DNA of 64,000 nucleotides from Macrostomum hystrix (lineage: Eukaryota > Animalia > Platyhelminthes), in NCBI GenBank assembly GCA_950097015.1, contig CATNEN010000038.1, forward strand, positions 4,712,001 through 4,776,000, written 5' to 3'. The translations under genes were made by a program, and so were the position numbers. Under the pieces are notes generated by a model. The model made no database searches and was not told where the DNA came from. It was given only the letters and a program-made list of their open reading frames with translations. Position 1 is the first letter of the stretch. Each line of letters opens with the position of its first letter. Shown one piece after another: positions 37,801-48,100 of the stretch.

Positions 37801-39268
37801 CGGCTTCCGGGCACCACCAGGCGATCGGGGCGCGCCGGCAGCCTCTCGGGATGGCCGCCTTGGCGGCGCTGGTGACGGCGGACGCGAACCTGCTGGCGGC
37901 GGCGGGCACCGTGCGTGGGGGGCGCTTCGGCCAGCTGGCCAGGGCCTGGTCGAGGGACCGCTGGAACAGGTCCCAGTCCGCCTTGTGGTAGGCGTACCGC
38001 GTCAGGCGCTTGGTGCTGGAGCGGGCCGGGCCGGAGGCTGCGAGGTCGATGATGATCGGCAGGTGGTCTGAGCCGATGTGCTCCCCGGTTCGCCACTCGA
38101 TCCGGTCTTGCCAGGAGGCGTGGGCGAAGGAGACGTCAGGGGAGCTCGGCAGGCCGCGGGGGCTGATCCTAGTTGGGGAGCCGTCGTTCAGAGCGACCAG
38201 GTCGTAGGTCGTCGCCCAGTCTTCGAGGGCCCTACCCAGCTCGTCGTCGTCCGCCGAGGCGTCCCACATCCCGTGGTGGGCGTTGAAGTCGCCCAGCACC
38301 AACGAGTCCCGTGAAACGGGGATCCAGTCGGGCTCGAAGTCGTCCGTGCGACCATCTGCGGCGCGGACCGGCGGGAGGTAGATGTTGATCACATCCAGGG
38401 GGCGCGGTAGCCGGGGGTCGTGGATGCGGAGGCCCGAGGCTTCGGCTGACGTGGCGTGGGTGACGAGCTCGCCTAGTGGAAGGTCGGCGAATTGAATACC
38501 CTCCTTGACAAGGAAGCAGACGCCCCCGTGGTGGGTTCTGGCTGCCTCCCCGTCGCGGCCAATGTTGCGGTCCTTCCGGCCAGCGATCTGCCACCCTTTG
38601 AAGCGTGGGGCCGCTGTGTTGCCGGACAGGTTCGTCTCCTGGATGCAGGCGACGTCGGCGCCCTGCATCTCCAGGAAGTGGAGCAGTTCCAGCTTGCGGG
38701 AGCGGAGCCCTGCCGCGTTGAGCTGGACGATACGGAAAACCGCCCCGCTGTTGTTCGGCGCCCCCGCTCGCGCTGGTTTCGCCATCAGGGGGGGCGGGGG
38801 TGCCGGCGCGGGGTTCGGGGGAGGTGGAGTCGTAGCCGTTGGCGTCTGGTGGGTGCCCGAAGGGCCTGCAGCCGCGGAGGGGGCCGGAGTCGTGGCAGGC
38901 TGTGGCGCTGAGGCGGCAGGCTGGGGGGCACAGGCGGGGCAGTGCCACGGCGCTTTGTCCCGGTGGAGCCGGTTGATGGCCGCGATAGCGAGGCGGGAAC
39001 AGCGGCGATGCCACCACAGGCCGCAGCTGGAGCAGCAGGTGGAGTAGCCCCTGGCTACCTCCTCGGCACAGCCTCCGCACAGGGAGGCCGGCCCAGGGTT
39101 GGGCTCGACGTCACCAGCTCTGAGAAGCAGCTGAGTCAGGTGAGCTGGGAGGCCTGGCTCAGCGTGGAAAAACCCGGGGCGCTCGAAGACCCTCGCACGG
39201 GTCCGGGGTGGTGGCTGCACTTGGCCGGGCGAACCCGGACGGTCCCGCCGCGTGAAGGCGGCAGCCAT
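34886..39268 (-). CDS. LINE polyprotein: leader-2A / PHD finger / APE endonuclease / RT / RNase H / CCHC
   Basis: LLLRAGDVEPNPGP (2A). CGGC..CCSSCGLWWHRRC..WHCPAC (PHD). IQET, GDFNAH, SDHLP (APE). QAGFR, GLPQGSVLAP, YADD (RT). WTDGS, TDSQS, WVPSH..N.AD (RNase H). CPRC..E.VAH.FLHC (CCHC). The first element-internal ATG is at 39268. Confidence 0.95.
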   Translation of the reverse strand: MAAAFTRRDRPGSPGQVQPPPRTRARVFERPGFFHAEPGLPAHLTQLLLRAGDVEPNPGPASLCGGCAEEVARGYSTCCSSCGLWWHRRCSRLAIAAINRLHRDKAPWHCPACAPQPAASAPQPATTPAPSAAAGPSGTHQTPTATTPPPPNPAPAPPPPLMAKPARAGAPNNSGAVFRIVQLNAAGLRSRKLELLHFLEMQGADVACIQETNLSGNTAAPRFKGWQIAGRKDRNIGRDGEAARTHHGGVCFLVKEGIQFADLPLGELVTHATSAEASGLRIHDPRLPRPLDVINIYLPPVRAADGRTDDFEPDWIPVSRDSLVLGDFNAHHGMWDASADDDELGRALEDWATTYDLVALNDGSPTRISPRGLPSSPDVSFAHASWQDRIEWRTGEHIGSDHLPIIIDLAASGPARSSTKRLTRYAYHKADWDLFQRSLDQALASWPKRPPRTVPAAASRFASAVTSAAKAAIPRGCRRAPIAWWCPEAEAACTARRAALEALRASPDDPALSAAYQAAAAAAAHAILRAKESLWRDFITDPGQDLCSADLWRIIRALDGRSQGTPSSAAIQGSSGASAVSDQQKAALFCREYAAVSRLPKNKAEDRPVIQEARHTLRAPCSCQGLRSGPCSDFQPDALRRALGRLPDRSAPGPDGVANIMLKHLSDLGLRCLLDLLNLSWRTGEVPAPWRLAEIRPIPKSDKPAGLTSSFRPISLLSCLGKLAEKMVNERLSYILEASNALHPSQAGFRQGRSTEEHIAAAAQYIFDGFQAKKPASRTALLLADFSRAYDRVWKAALIVKLGRKGIPTCLIRWLKGLLSDRRAFVRWVGAACKQIVFSEGLPQGSVLAPILWVIYMDDLLDGAPKNCLTLAYADDSTFGAQGTTPRDCERALQPAADWLVRWSQTWKVDLSRTKSVVAFFSLDPREVNGKVQPRILLGDTPAPFELHPRLLGVHLDSQLTFRHHAKLQRRALQQRTGVLRCLAGRDWGQDSQRLAQLYRTYAEAAALHGASTWLTFASDSCRDEVEIAHRSAARVITGCCRSTAIGALMAEADLVPLATRAEAEGAALFERALRHRQPTPLRAAAGKTSTPRLRAHGDPGAFRRNWRDSAQHLSAAAGLAPLPREQENLPPPPWSDTSRVNIRCDLLTATSREDAPHVRKQAALETLASLPPADLELWTDGSASGGTLNGGAGAVIFSRTAPPVHLSQAAGRYSSSFRAEESALRLGLQHVASRPDLASLSGLRCLTDSQSLLRALEKGPSRSSSPACREIWMLLTHIAARFQIWLQWVPSHCDLRRNDAADATARTAAGLPQDETPIDFGSARAALRRVLAERTREAYAADPHCATHRLATATAAPRPCLNRADAVTLAQLRTGHSPLLRWYRHRIGLDTAATCPRCGAADEDVAHVFLHCRALDDLRARILGPNPSLAVLSTDGPRALEFLHTVGAQTRPPDPTGRE

Positions 39269-39321
39269 GGGGAGCGCGGGGGAGCGCGCAAGCGCGCTCC
39301 GGGAGGCCGACCCTCCCGACC
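39212..39321 (-). ncRNA. Candidate HDV/CPEB3-like self-cleaving ribozyme at the LINE 5' end
   Basis: Minus strand: GGUC..(two hairpins)..CCC..UGGCUGC-C GCC UUCACGC GGC GGGACC GU CCGGG UUCG CCCGG C CAA GU GCAGCCA. P2, P3/L3, P4 and J4/2 match the HDV-like fold, and G1 is the first base after the TSD. Confidence 0.75.
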
Positions 39322-40403
39322 CGTCGTACTTGGTGCCGATGGCGGTCATGCAACTGGTCGGCGAGGCCTGGTCGAAGCGGCCAACTGATCTCAGCAGCTC
39401 GCAGACACGCTGGTAGACAAACAGACTGCAGGAGGTGGCGCGGTCGTTCCCCTGGGCGACAGTCAGATTCGTTGGCATGGATGATCGGCTGTCCGCTAAG
39501 CAGTCGATGAGGGAGACTCATTCAGGCAGGTCGTGTGGAAAAGGTCGAGCACGTTGGCAGTGGATTCCAGCGGCCGCTGTGCATCAGCAGCAGCGGCAGC
39601 GGTGTGGGCATCGAGAGCTGAGGATTCTTGTCTTCAAGTTCCACAGGACTGCTTTGGCCTGGCCTTCGGGTTTCGGCTCCCAGATTTATTTCCGGCTTTG
39701 TGGAGGAGCTAAAATCTCGCGCTCCCTGACGTTCTATTTGTTATTAGCAAAGGCATGAAAATTAGCAAATTAGCAAAGTATTTTGAATATCGAACAAACA
39801 ATGCAAGTTTAATAGTAGAGATCCCTCGAGACTTTCGACCACCTCAAAAACTACTTTAAACGTGATGGATCTGGTGCCGCCATATTTGGCGGACTTGCCG
39901 GCCTCGGTCGCGATGTTGGCAGCAGCGGGTAGTGACGTCAGAGGCGCGCATGTGACAAGTTGCGCAGGCGTCCCAAGCTAATCGGTGTCCCCACTTGAAA
40001 TATCTCAGTAAAAGCTCATGTGGTAATTTCGCAGACTGAGAACAATATAATTGTAGTTTCACGTAGTATTAATAGCAGATTGAATCACTTACAGCTTGTG
40101 TGTATCTGAGGCCTAAAACATTTAATCCCCAGCTTGGCCTGGCCTATTGGCTATTAATTCTGTGCATTTATTATTTAATCGGCCTAGGCCGTTAAATGAT
40201 TTTACGGCCTAGGCCGATTAAAGATATAGTCTATGGTCACAGTTGCTGTAAACAGTTTTAGGTTTGCAATCTCGTGAGCCGGGCCAAGCTTTAGGATTAA
40301 ATACTATAATACCCACAGATTCTATATTACCACAGATAATATAGAATCTGTGATAATACCCCCCCTGAAATCGTTGTCTATGGCCTAGGAACGGCTTCGG
40401 ACT

Positions 40404-40616
40404 GCGCCCCCATGTGGCAGTGGCGCCCCCATGTGGCAGTGGCGCCCCCATGTGGCAGTGGCGCCCCCATGTGGTAGTGGCGCCCCCATGTGGCAGTGGC
40501 GCCCCCATGTGGTAGTGGCGCCCCCATGTGGAAGTGGCGCCCCCATGTGGTAGTGGCGCCTCCAAAAGGCGCGGCCCCCCCCCTAGACATAAATCCTGGC
40601 TACGCCACTAACCAGC
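40404..40616. repeat. 20-bp GC-rich minisatellite (gcgcccccatgtggcagtgg)n next to a hAT-type MITE terminus
   Basis: About 8 copies, followed by cctggctacgccacta (reverse complement tagtggcgtagccagg). Confidence 0.8.
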
Positions 40617-41594
40617 CTACAACGGTACTACTAGGCAAAGCTAAATGGGGTCGACCACCGACTCCACTGGAACATTTTATGTTTTTTAGCAGTACACTTT
40701 ACTCTGCGTCGCAATAGCTGCGGCTGGGTTGTTGGCTGCACACCTGACCGACCCAATTAGGGCAGGTGTCATCTATATATAAATAAATAAGGTAGTAATG
40801 ATATCTCCAACTTAAAATTTCTATAGTGAGATCGAATAATTAGAACTGAGGCAAATTGGACAGTTTTATTAAATTATTATTAATGTAAGAATTGAGTACT
40901 TAATGATTGGAGTACAGCTTCCATGCGTACTAACTGAGAAAAAGTGTACAGTAGTTTCTTCAGAAAATGATTTAATGTTTCAATCGAAATGGATTTTAAG
41001 ATGCGTATTTTTAGGGTATATAGGCGTGATTTTATTTTCTTCTTCAGCTGAGGTTAAGTGAATTTAAGGCTTTTTAAATAACAAAATGTTATAAAAATCG
41101 TCCACAGAAAGTTATAACCAAAAAGAGGGAATATAGTTTTGAAAAGTTACAGAGTCGTCAACAAATCATTTTCAATTAGTGCCTTAAAAACGAGTTCGAG
41201 AATATTGTATGCTAGTAAAAATCGGTTAATCGCGAAAATAAAAAGGTGGCTACCTTAGATCCATGGTAAAAATTCCCACGAACCGCAACAAAATTTTGAT
41301 GTCAGTTACTTCAGTAACTAATTTAAGCTTATTCATACAGAGAACACTCTATGAACTCAGTGTTTAATAACATTTTTTGTTTTACCTCATGAGTCTTTTA
41401 GAGAAACTGACATTCTTACAATTACCTTTAAATTAATCCGTTTATTTATCGCAATTTAAACTTATAATTCCATTGCTTTACTGTTTAGAAAGGTATACGC
41501 TACGATTTAACTAACTATAATGACTTTACTCTTAAAATGTTATCCTAATGGTTTTCATTCACAGAATCTTATCGGGCTGGTACGTAGGAGTAAA

Positions 41595-41810
41595 GGCACG
41601 GGTTGGCACGGGCTGAACACGCACACGCTTCGAAAGGCTGTGTACATATTTTCAGTCCGTGGACTGGGGAACTCCGCCAAATACGCACTCTAACGGGGTA
41701 ACTCAAGCGATGGTGGGTATCAAGTTTTTTGCTCAAATAAATTGAGCGAAATAGGGGTTTCTCTACGGCCGAATCGAACTCCTAACCACTCAACTAGAAA
41801 CTTAGGCTTT
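41595..41810 (-). mobile_element. Diverged SINE family A-related copy
   Basis: gaaaggctgtgtac..ttcagtccgtggactgggga..gaatcgaac shared with family A. Confidence 0.5.
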
Positions 41811-42127
41811 AAGAATGCGCTTCAAGAACCCTCCTTTTTCATTTGATATTTGATAAAAAATTAAGTGAAAAATACGGTGAAGGAAATAAAGATCTTTTTT
41901 GGTATAAAATAGCTAATAGGTTTCCTACTCAGGTTAGTTTGCCTACGCTTTAAAGCTGCATTCATGCCCGGCTGCGTATCAGGCTTCTGAGTATTCGCTC
42001 TTTGAACTACGGGTCCCGTCACTAAAGATATTTTTGTAGTTTCCTTTGCTCGCAAAAATGGGAGACAATAAAAGTATGCTACGCAACGCACTTAAGTCAT
42101 GCTTCAAAATAAAAGATGAGACCGATC

Positions 42128-45100
42128 TCACTCGGCAAACTCCAACGATACTCGGTGCACAACACACTGCGCTCCCTGCAGCGCCCGCGCCGCCCGCTCC
42201 GCTTCTGAATCCGCCGAAGCATCGGACATCATCCGCATCCGGCTGCGCTCGCTCGAGCCGTCCACAATGGCACGGGCCAGGTTGGCCAGGTGATCGGCCA
42301 GACTGCCCTGCAGATCGTCTCCTTCGATGCGGCACAGGTGCTGGCTGAGCTGGTGGCTTAGCTCAACTGGCTGTCTCTGGATCATCAGCAGAGCCCTTAT
42401 CGCCTTCTCGGCTGCTTGCCAGCTGATGTAGCAGGCCCAGTTGTAGTTGCATGTTTCAATCAACACCGCCACCGTGCGAAGATCATCGCCAGAACTGTTG
42501 AGATCGCTCCTAGCGTTGTCGTGGGCCGAGGCGGGACTACTCATGCTGCCATGCGTCTCATTTAAGTTGAAAGACTCAGTGCCAGAGAAGTGAGATCGCT
42601 CACGGTGCCTGGTGCAATTGACATCCAGGATGTCTTCGGCCATGAGGATCAATCGATACCTGGCCACTTCAGCTGCCACGTCTCGCCACCGATCAATGCA
42701 ATCGCTGAACTTCTGAGTCCACCCGTGCTTAGCCGCTTGTGCTTTTACTAGACTATGAGACTGGTGTGAAGCTGAGTAGTGGGCTAGCAGCCTCTGCAAA
42801 ATTGCCTGCTGCTGCTCGACTGTGAGCTCGGCAGCGGCGCCTAAAAGCGGATCCAAGACTGCCTCAATGTCCGCTTCTGTGATGAGAGGCGAAGAAGGCT
42901 CCAAATTCTGCCAGTCCTCGAACGAATATAACTCGAAAATTTGAGCCGTGATAGGGCTATCACTACCGACTGAAACCGTGAGCCAGCTGGTCCACGGGTT
43001 TTTGACATCAGTGGACTGTTTTTCCAGCACTCGTGCGTACTGAAAGATGCCATCCTGATTTCTGTAAGCGACCAGCCTGCTTGAGAGTAATTCATTGGGC
43101 TTTGCCGGCAGCTGATTTAAGAGGCATTGCTGAAACCTCTGCACAGGATTTCCAATGCGGGATGCATCACGAGCATTTGACTTTGTGTACTTCTGATTGG
43201 GCCTTTCATAAAGGCTTATCCTTTTTCTTGTAATTATCGAAAGCATTCCTTCAGGACTGTTCATTAAGAGCACAAGAGTGAGATTGCTCATTTGCTCTGG
43301 TGACAGAGTAAATCCATTTTTTAATATGCCCAAAACTGCATCGACAAAGTCCAGGTGCCACAGCGTTCCCTCGCTGTCACTGCAGTCATACCGGATCCTG
43401 GAATGATTCATCAGAACTTTTTGTCCGTCTAGAAGGAAATTCTTTTCCTCTTCGGAGTCGCCCTGCTCTGCATCGTTGAGAACAAGACAGGTGATCAGCT
43501 CTGACAGGCAGACGACGGAGAATCTTGATAGCAGTGTAGAAACGGCAGATAATGTTTGGTCACCTTTGACTGATAAATCGCTGGTGCCATGCAGTATGAT
43601 GCTGGTAATGCACTGATGAAGCACTGGATGCTTCAGCTTTGCATCCAGGTTGCATCGGGCCTCGCAAAGTTCTGCGCTGGTGCACAGTTTGAGGCAGTCG
43701 GATTGCAGCTTCTCTCTCACATTGTCGCTGAGTCTTCTTAGTTGCCAGTCCTCCGCCAAGTGGAAGTACAGCCGACGCAGATTATCGCTGCCCAGGTTGC
43801 AGAAGCTCAGATCTAGCAATTGAACTCCCGGCGCGCCAGCCAGTCTTTTGTGAATTCCTTCGGAGTCGTTGATTGTCAAGAGCTTCGAGTCCACCAGCTG
43901 AAAGTGACTGTAGTGTGCCCGTTCAGAGCGACTCTGTTGTACTTTTGTCGGCAGGAACAGAGTTCTGTATAGTTTTGAATCCACTAGTTTTCCACCCCGC
44001 TCAAGTAGGGCGATCATATTGGACATGCAGATACCAACAGCCCTTTGCTGCTCGTCGCTAAGTCTGTCTTGCTGCTCATCGTGAATACGTTGCAGGGCCA
44101 TCCAGTTCTGCTCCATTGTGGCTGACTTTGTGGCTCCCAGTTGGACAAAAAGGGACTGGAAACGACTGAAGTCCCTTGGACACATCAGAATGTAAGGTGG
44201 ATTAGCGCACTTTTGGTAGAATGTGATTCTTTCAGCCGTAACAAATACATCTCGACTATTCTCATTTATCAGAATGCATTCAACTTTTCTCAGCTTTGAA
44301 ATCAGATTCCCTTTTTTGGATGGCGGCATTTCAATCAGCTTTTCATAAACGGAACTCATAACTGACTGGCGCAAGATTCTCGTTTCACTGGGCAAATCTG
44401 ACGACGAGAATGTAGGGGCAGAAAACAGTCTTTCCAGATGTTTGATGATGACTTCGTCCGTCACTTGTTTCATGAATTTTTCCAAGCAGCTTCTTTGTTG
44501 AACACAACTAGGAGCATATGGTATTTCAGTCCAGCAGAGAAATCGCGACTCATACTTGACACATTTTGACAAACTGGTCATGCACACATCCTCTGATGGA
44601 CAGAGACTTTGAAGCCCTCTGTCGGTATTGGCGAGTACAAATGGAATTTCCGATAACTGGCGAATTACTTCAGTGTCAGCGAGCGCCTTTTCAAGGTCAA
44701 TCAATTCGCCAATGAATTTCAACAGCTGTTCGCTCTTCTTTTGAACTTTCTGCGTCATCGACTTTGCGCCCTCCGCTGCAAGCTGACGGGCAAAGTCTAT
44801 TACAGAGTCAGCTGAACATCGCACTGACAGACCTGACGAAACCATCAGCGTCCTCCACCTTTTTTCCCTGAATGACTCAGGAAGAAATTTATCTGAACTC
44901 ATAAACTTTTTCAATACCTTTAAACGATGGTCAAAAAATGAATTGACTGGTTTCCAAACTCCTTCTACTGGAATGAGCTTAGCTGCCCTCAGTGAAGCAA
45001 TTAAAGGCTTGTAATAGCTGACCTTTTCCATTTCAAGTTTCTCGAAGTCCCAGCTCAGTCGGCAAAGTCTCTCCAGGTGCTTCAAGCGAGTCTCGTCAGA

Positions 45101-48100
45101 GAAGTTTGAAAACATCGGCAGGATGAATCTTGCGTAAACCTCAGCCTCAGGCATCTCATCGCATTCCAGTTTAGCATAGAGTGGCTTCAGAGCTTCATTG
45201 TCCTTGAGAAATATCCCCTGGCATGTGCTCATCTCGTCAGCCACCAGGGAGGCAGGGAGGACACACGCCGGATCGGAATTAAGTGCTAAGCAGCGGCCGT
45301 CAGATGTGACGAACACTGGCAACTTTCGGACTCTATCGAGAAGAATCTTTTCCTTCTCATGACTATCGCTTAGCGCACGCCAGTTGTTGTTGATGTACAA
45401 AATCAAGCTGACCGCCTGCGACTCACTGAGCGGCGATCTCTTCGGGTTCTCGTTCAATGCAAACTCCACCACACGAAGCATTGTGCCAGGCTTCCTAACA
45501 TTGCCGCAGAGATCTCTGATTAGCTTCAAGTCAGCGACGATGCGGAGCGACGGAGCATTGAGCTCTTCAAGTGTTTCTTCAACTGCTTTGCTGCAGTCGT
45601 CGAGGTCCTCAGACACAGCCTTATAGACACACTGGGCCTGAGATATGCAAGCAAAACGAGAGTTGTTGACAGGAATGAGGCAGGCGTTGCCGAGCCCGGT
45701 AGAGCTCAGTTTCTGAACGATATCCTTAGGTGTGGAACAGCTTGTGGTACAGCTGAAGGAAAGAAAATCCCAAACTGTTTTTAGCCAATCGCTTGAGCTG
45801 TCTGATTCCAGGCCCAATTCAGCAGCTGCTGGTAAATTATTCGCATCAGTGAATAATTGAGGACACCTTAATTTTAAAATGCGACTAAAATCTTGTAATT
45901 CGAACAGTTTGAATAGCTTTGAACCGATCAGTAAGCTCATTATTTGCTCGTCATTAAAAAACTTTGAAGCTACTGCATCGTGCGCCAACTCGTACTTTGA
46001 ATCCGTATGCAAGAACAAGTCCGAATATTTGGTCAGATACAGCGGCTTGGCGTCATCGCCGAGCATAGAGAGACGATTTCCAGCACATATGGCCAATGGC
46101 GTTCCTAGCAAAATTCTGAGTTGTCTGTTGGCTTTGCGAATCAGGTAAGCCAGAAGGTCAACGACGGCTTCGGCACTTTGAAACGGTGTTTCGCTGACGT
46201 CTTTGGGCAGCGAATTTCGCAGTGACTCACACACCGGGCCGCGAATGAACGCAACGATTGACGCGACGTCCGCGACAGGAACGAAAATCGATTTCAGTGA
46301 CTCGAGTGAGCGGTGCAGATGCACCTTATCGGGCTCGATTATTGGAAACAGCAAGCGACGAGCAACTTTGATGGCAGGATCGGGCTTAGAATCTGGATTC
46401 AGAAAGGCAGCCCTTCCGTCAATGTCAGCTGAGGATTGCGCCAAAGGGAACCACTTTAGCTGCATTTCCAGCTCGTCGAATACTGGGAAAATAGCTACAC
46501 GATTTTGAATTACTGTTTTAAAGAACATCTTGATTAGCTCATCCCAGATAGTTTTGTCGCGTTTGTTATATTGCGGAAAAAGTGCGTAGAAGTTGCGCAC
46601 CTTGTCTACGCCGGAGGCATAGCGCTTCGCTGTCTCCAGTAGACTTGCATAGCATTTGGGTAAAAGATCGGTTGCCAGCAGACGGTTCCACTGCTCCTTG
46701 TGGTCCGCATCTCCATCCGATTTCCACAGGCACCTTCGCGATGGGTCCAGAATGAAATGGCCATTCACCTGAACTGGTAAATCAGTGGTCACCGGCAGCG
46801 GAAGTAGACAGTAAACCTGGCCCTGAATGGTACCGGAATTCCCGTGTTGAATCGGAGCGGCCACGCCAACTATCGGTAGCAGGCGCCAGCTTTCGCAAGC
46901 CACTTCCTTCTGCAGTTTGTTAGCAAGGGACTTGGTTTGACAGCCTAGACTTTGGCAAACAAGCCAGCTCTGCTCCTTCTTAGATTGTTCGTTGGAATAA
47001 AAAATACAGGTATTTAGCTCATAGGCCACTGAGCAGGAAATACGTTGATGCAGCTCTAACTTGGGTTGGTCCAACAACTGCCTACTGGCAAGCTTGCACT
47101 GGTCGTTGAATATTGGAATACTCCGTGAGATATCAAGCGCTTGAGCCTTGATTGTAAATATGGATTTCAACGCACCATCACATTCAGCAATTTCGCACAA
47201 GTTTACTCTCCTCAAATTTTTTAGGAAGAGTAACATTAGCTCGAGATCCTCCTTAAGTTCTTCAAAGAGACTTTTCATTTTTTCTGGACTGACCGCCTTT
47301 TCGCAAATCTTTGATTCATTCGCAGCTTCTTCAGTCCTCAGTGGAAAACGAAACACAGTCGAACCAGCATGGGTAAGAACGTCTGGAAGATACCCATTGA
47401 AGACGTCTTGAAAAATGTGCCTCAGGTGGTCTATTTTCCGGAACATTCCGCCCGGTGAATGTACGCTCGCTCCCGGCATGTACCTGCAGTGCGGATCCAT
47501 TACGCAAAGAACTCTTCCGTCTGACAGGAATGATGGAGCGTCTGTAATGTTATATACGCAATTGAATCCGATTCCGTAATGTCCGGCCTTCCACGCATCG
47601 TCTCTCTTTGACCCAAGTCCTAGATTCTGGACGCCAGTGATTTCAGCCTCTGAAAATGTTGAGTCATTATGCACAACTAAAGCTGGTCCCTGCAGCTGCT
47701 TCCAGTTGTCACTCAAGACCTTTTCAGTACCGTGAGACTGAAAATCGACGATGAAGCTAATCTCTGAAGCTCCGGCGTCGTCGGCATTCTGGATAAGCTC
47801 TTTGAACAGCTCTCGTCCTAGAGGATATCCAGAAATTATGTTCTTTAGTCTCGTCGTGAGGTCCTCTTGTTGGCCGAAAGGAAGCGGCTGCATCTCCTGG
47901 CAAAGAATGGCTTCTCGCTTGCTTGGAATTTTCAGTCTTTCGCAGAGTGCAAAAGACATTTCCTTGTGGCAGAAATGTGGGCCGCCAGGTACAATAGCCG
48001 CTTCGATCCACGGCAGATTATTGAAGCACAACTGACTAACTGGTAGCATCACAGCGCTCTGGTCGGGAGCGAGCAAAATCAGATTCTCTCGTTGTAAAGA

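Larger units (their letters stand above)
34872..39321 (-). mobile_element. Full-length Ingi-like (I-group) non-LTR retrotransposon, 4450 bp
   Basis: 13-bp TSD (plus strand cgtcgtacttggt at 34859-34871 and 39322-39334), (CAA)5 tail, a single intact ORF, and very high GC relative to the flanks. Confidence 0.95.
34453..39611 (-). pseudogene. Secreted PAN-like/LamG-like gene remnant split by the LINE (5' part 39611-39322, 3' part 34871-34453)
   Basis: Removing the LINE and one TSD joins MPTPLPLLL..SLIDCLAD..CSLFVYQRVCELL..GTKYD to AIAASQLFTY/MYFWAGD..GPRLDGNQFFNL. The joined sequence contains stops and frameshifts. Confidence 0.45.

Noticed and set aside
34842-39388. Many long antisense or alternative-frame ORFs (e.g. 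713 aa at 35930-38071)
   Set aside because: Shadow ORFs caused by the very high GC of the LINE coding sequence; no recognisable motifs.
39322-39478. N-terminal 52 aa of the 1530-aa ORF as part of the retroelement
   Set aside because: It lies outside the TSD and belongs to the interrupted host sequence.
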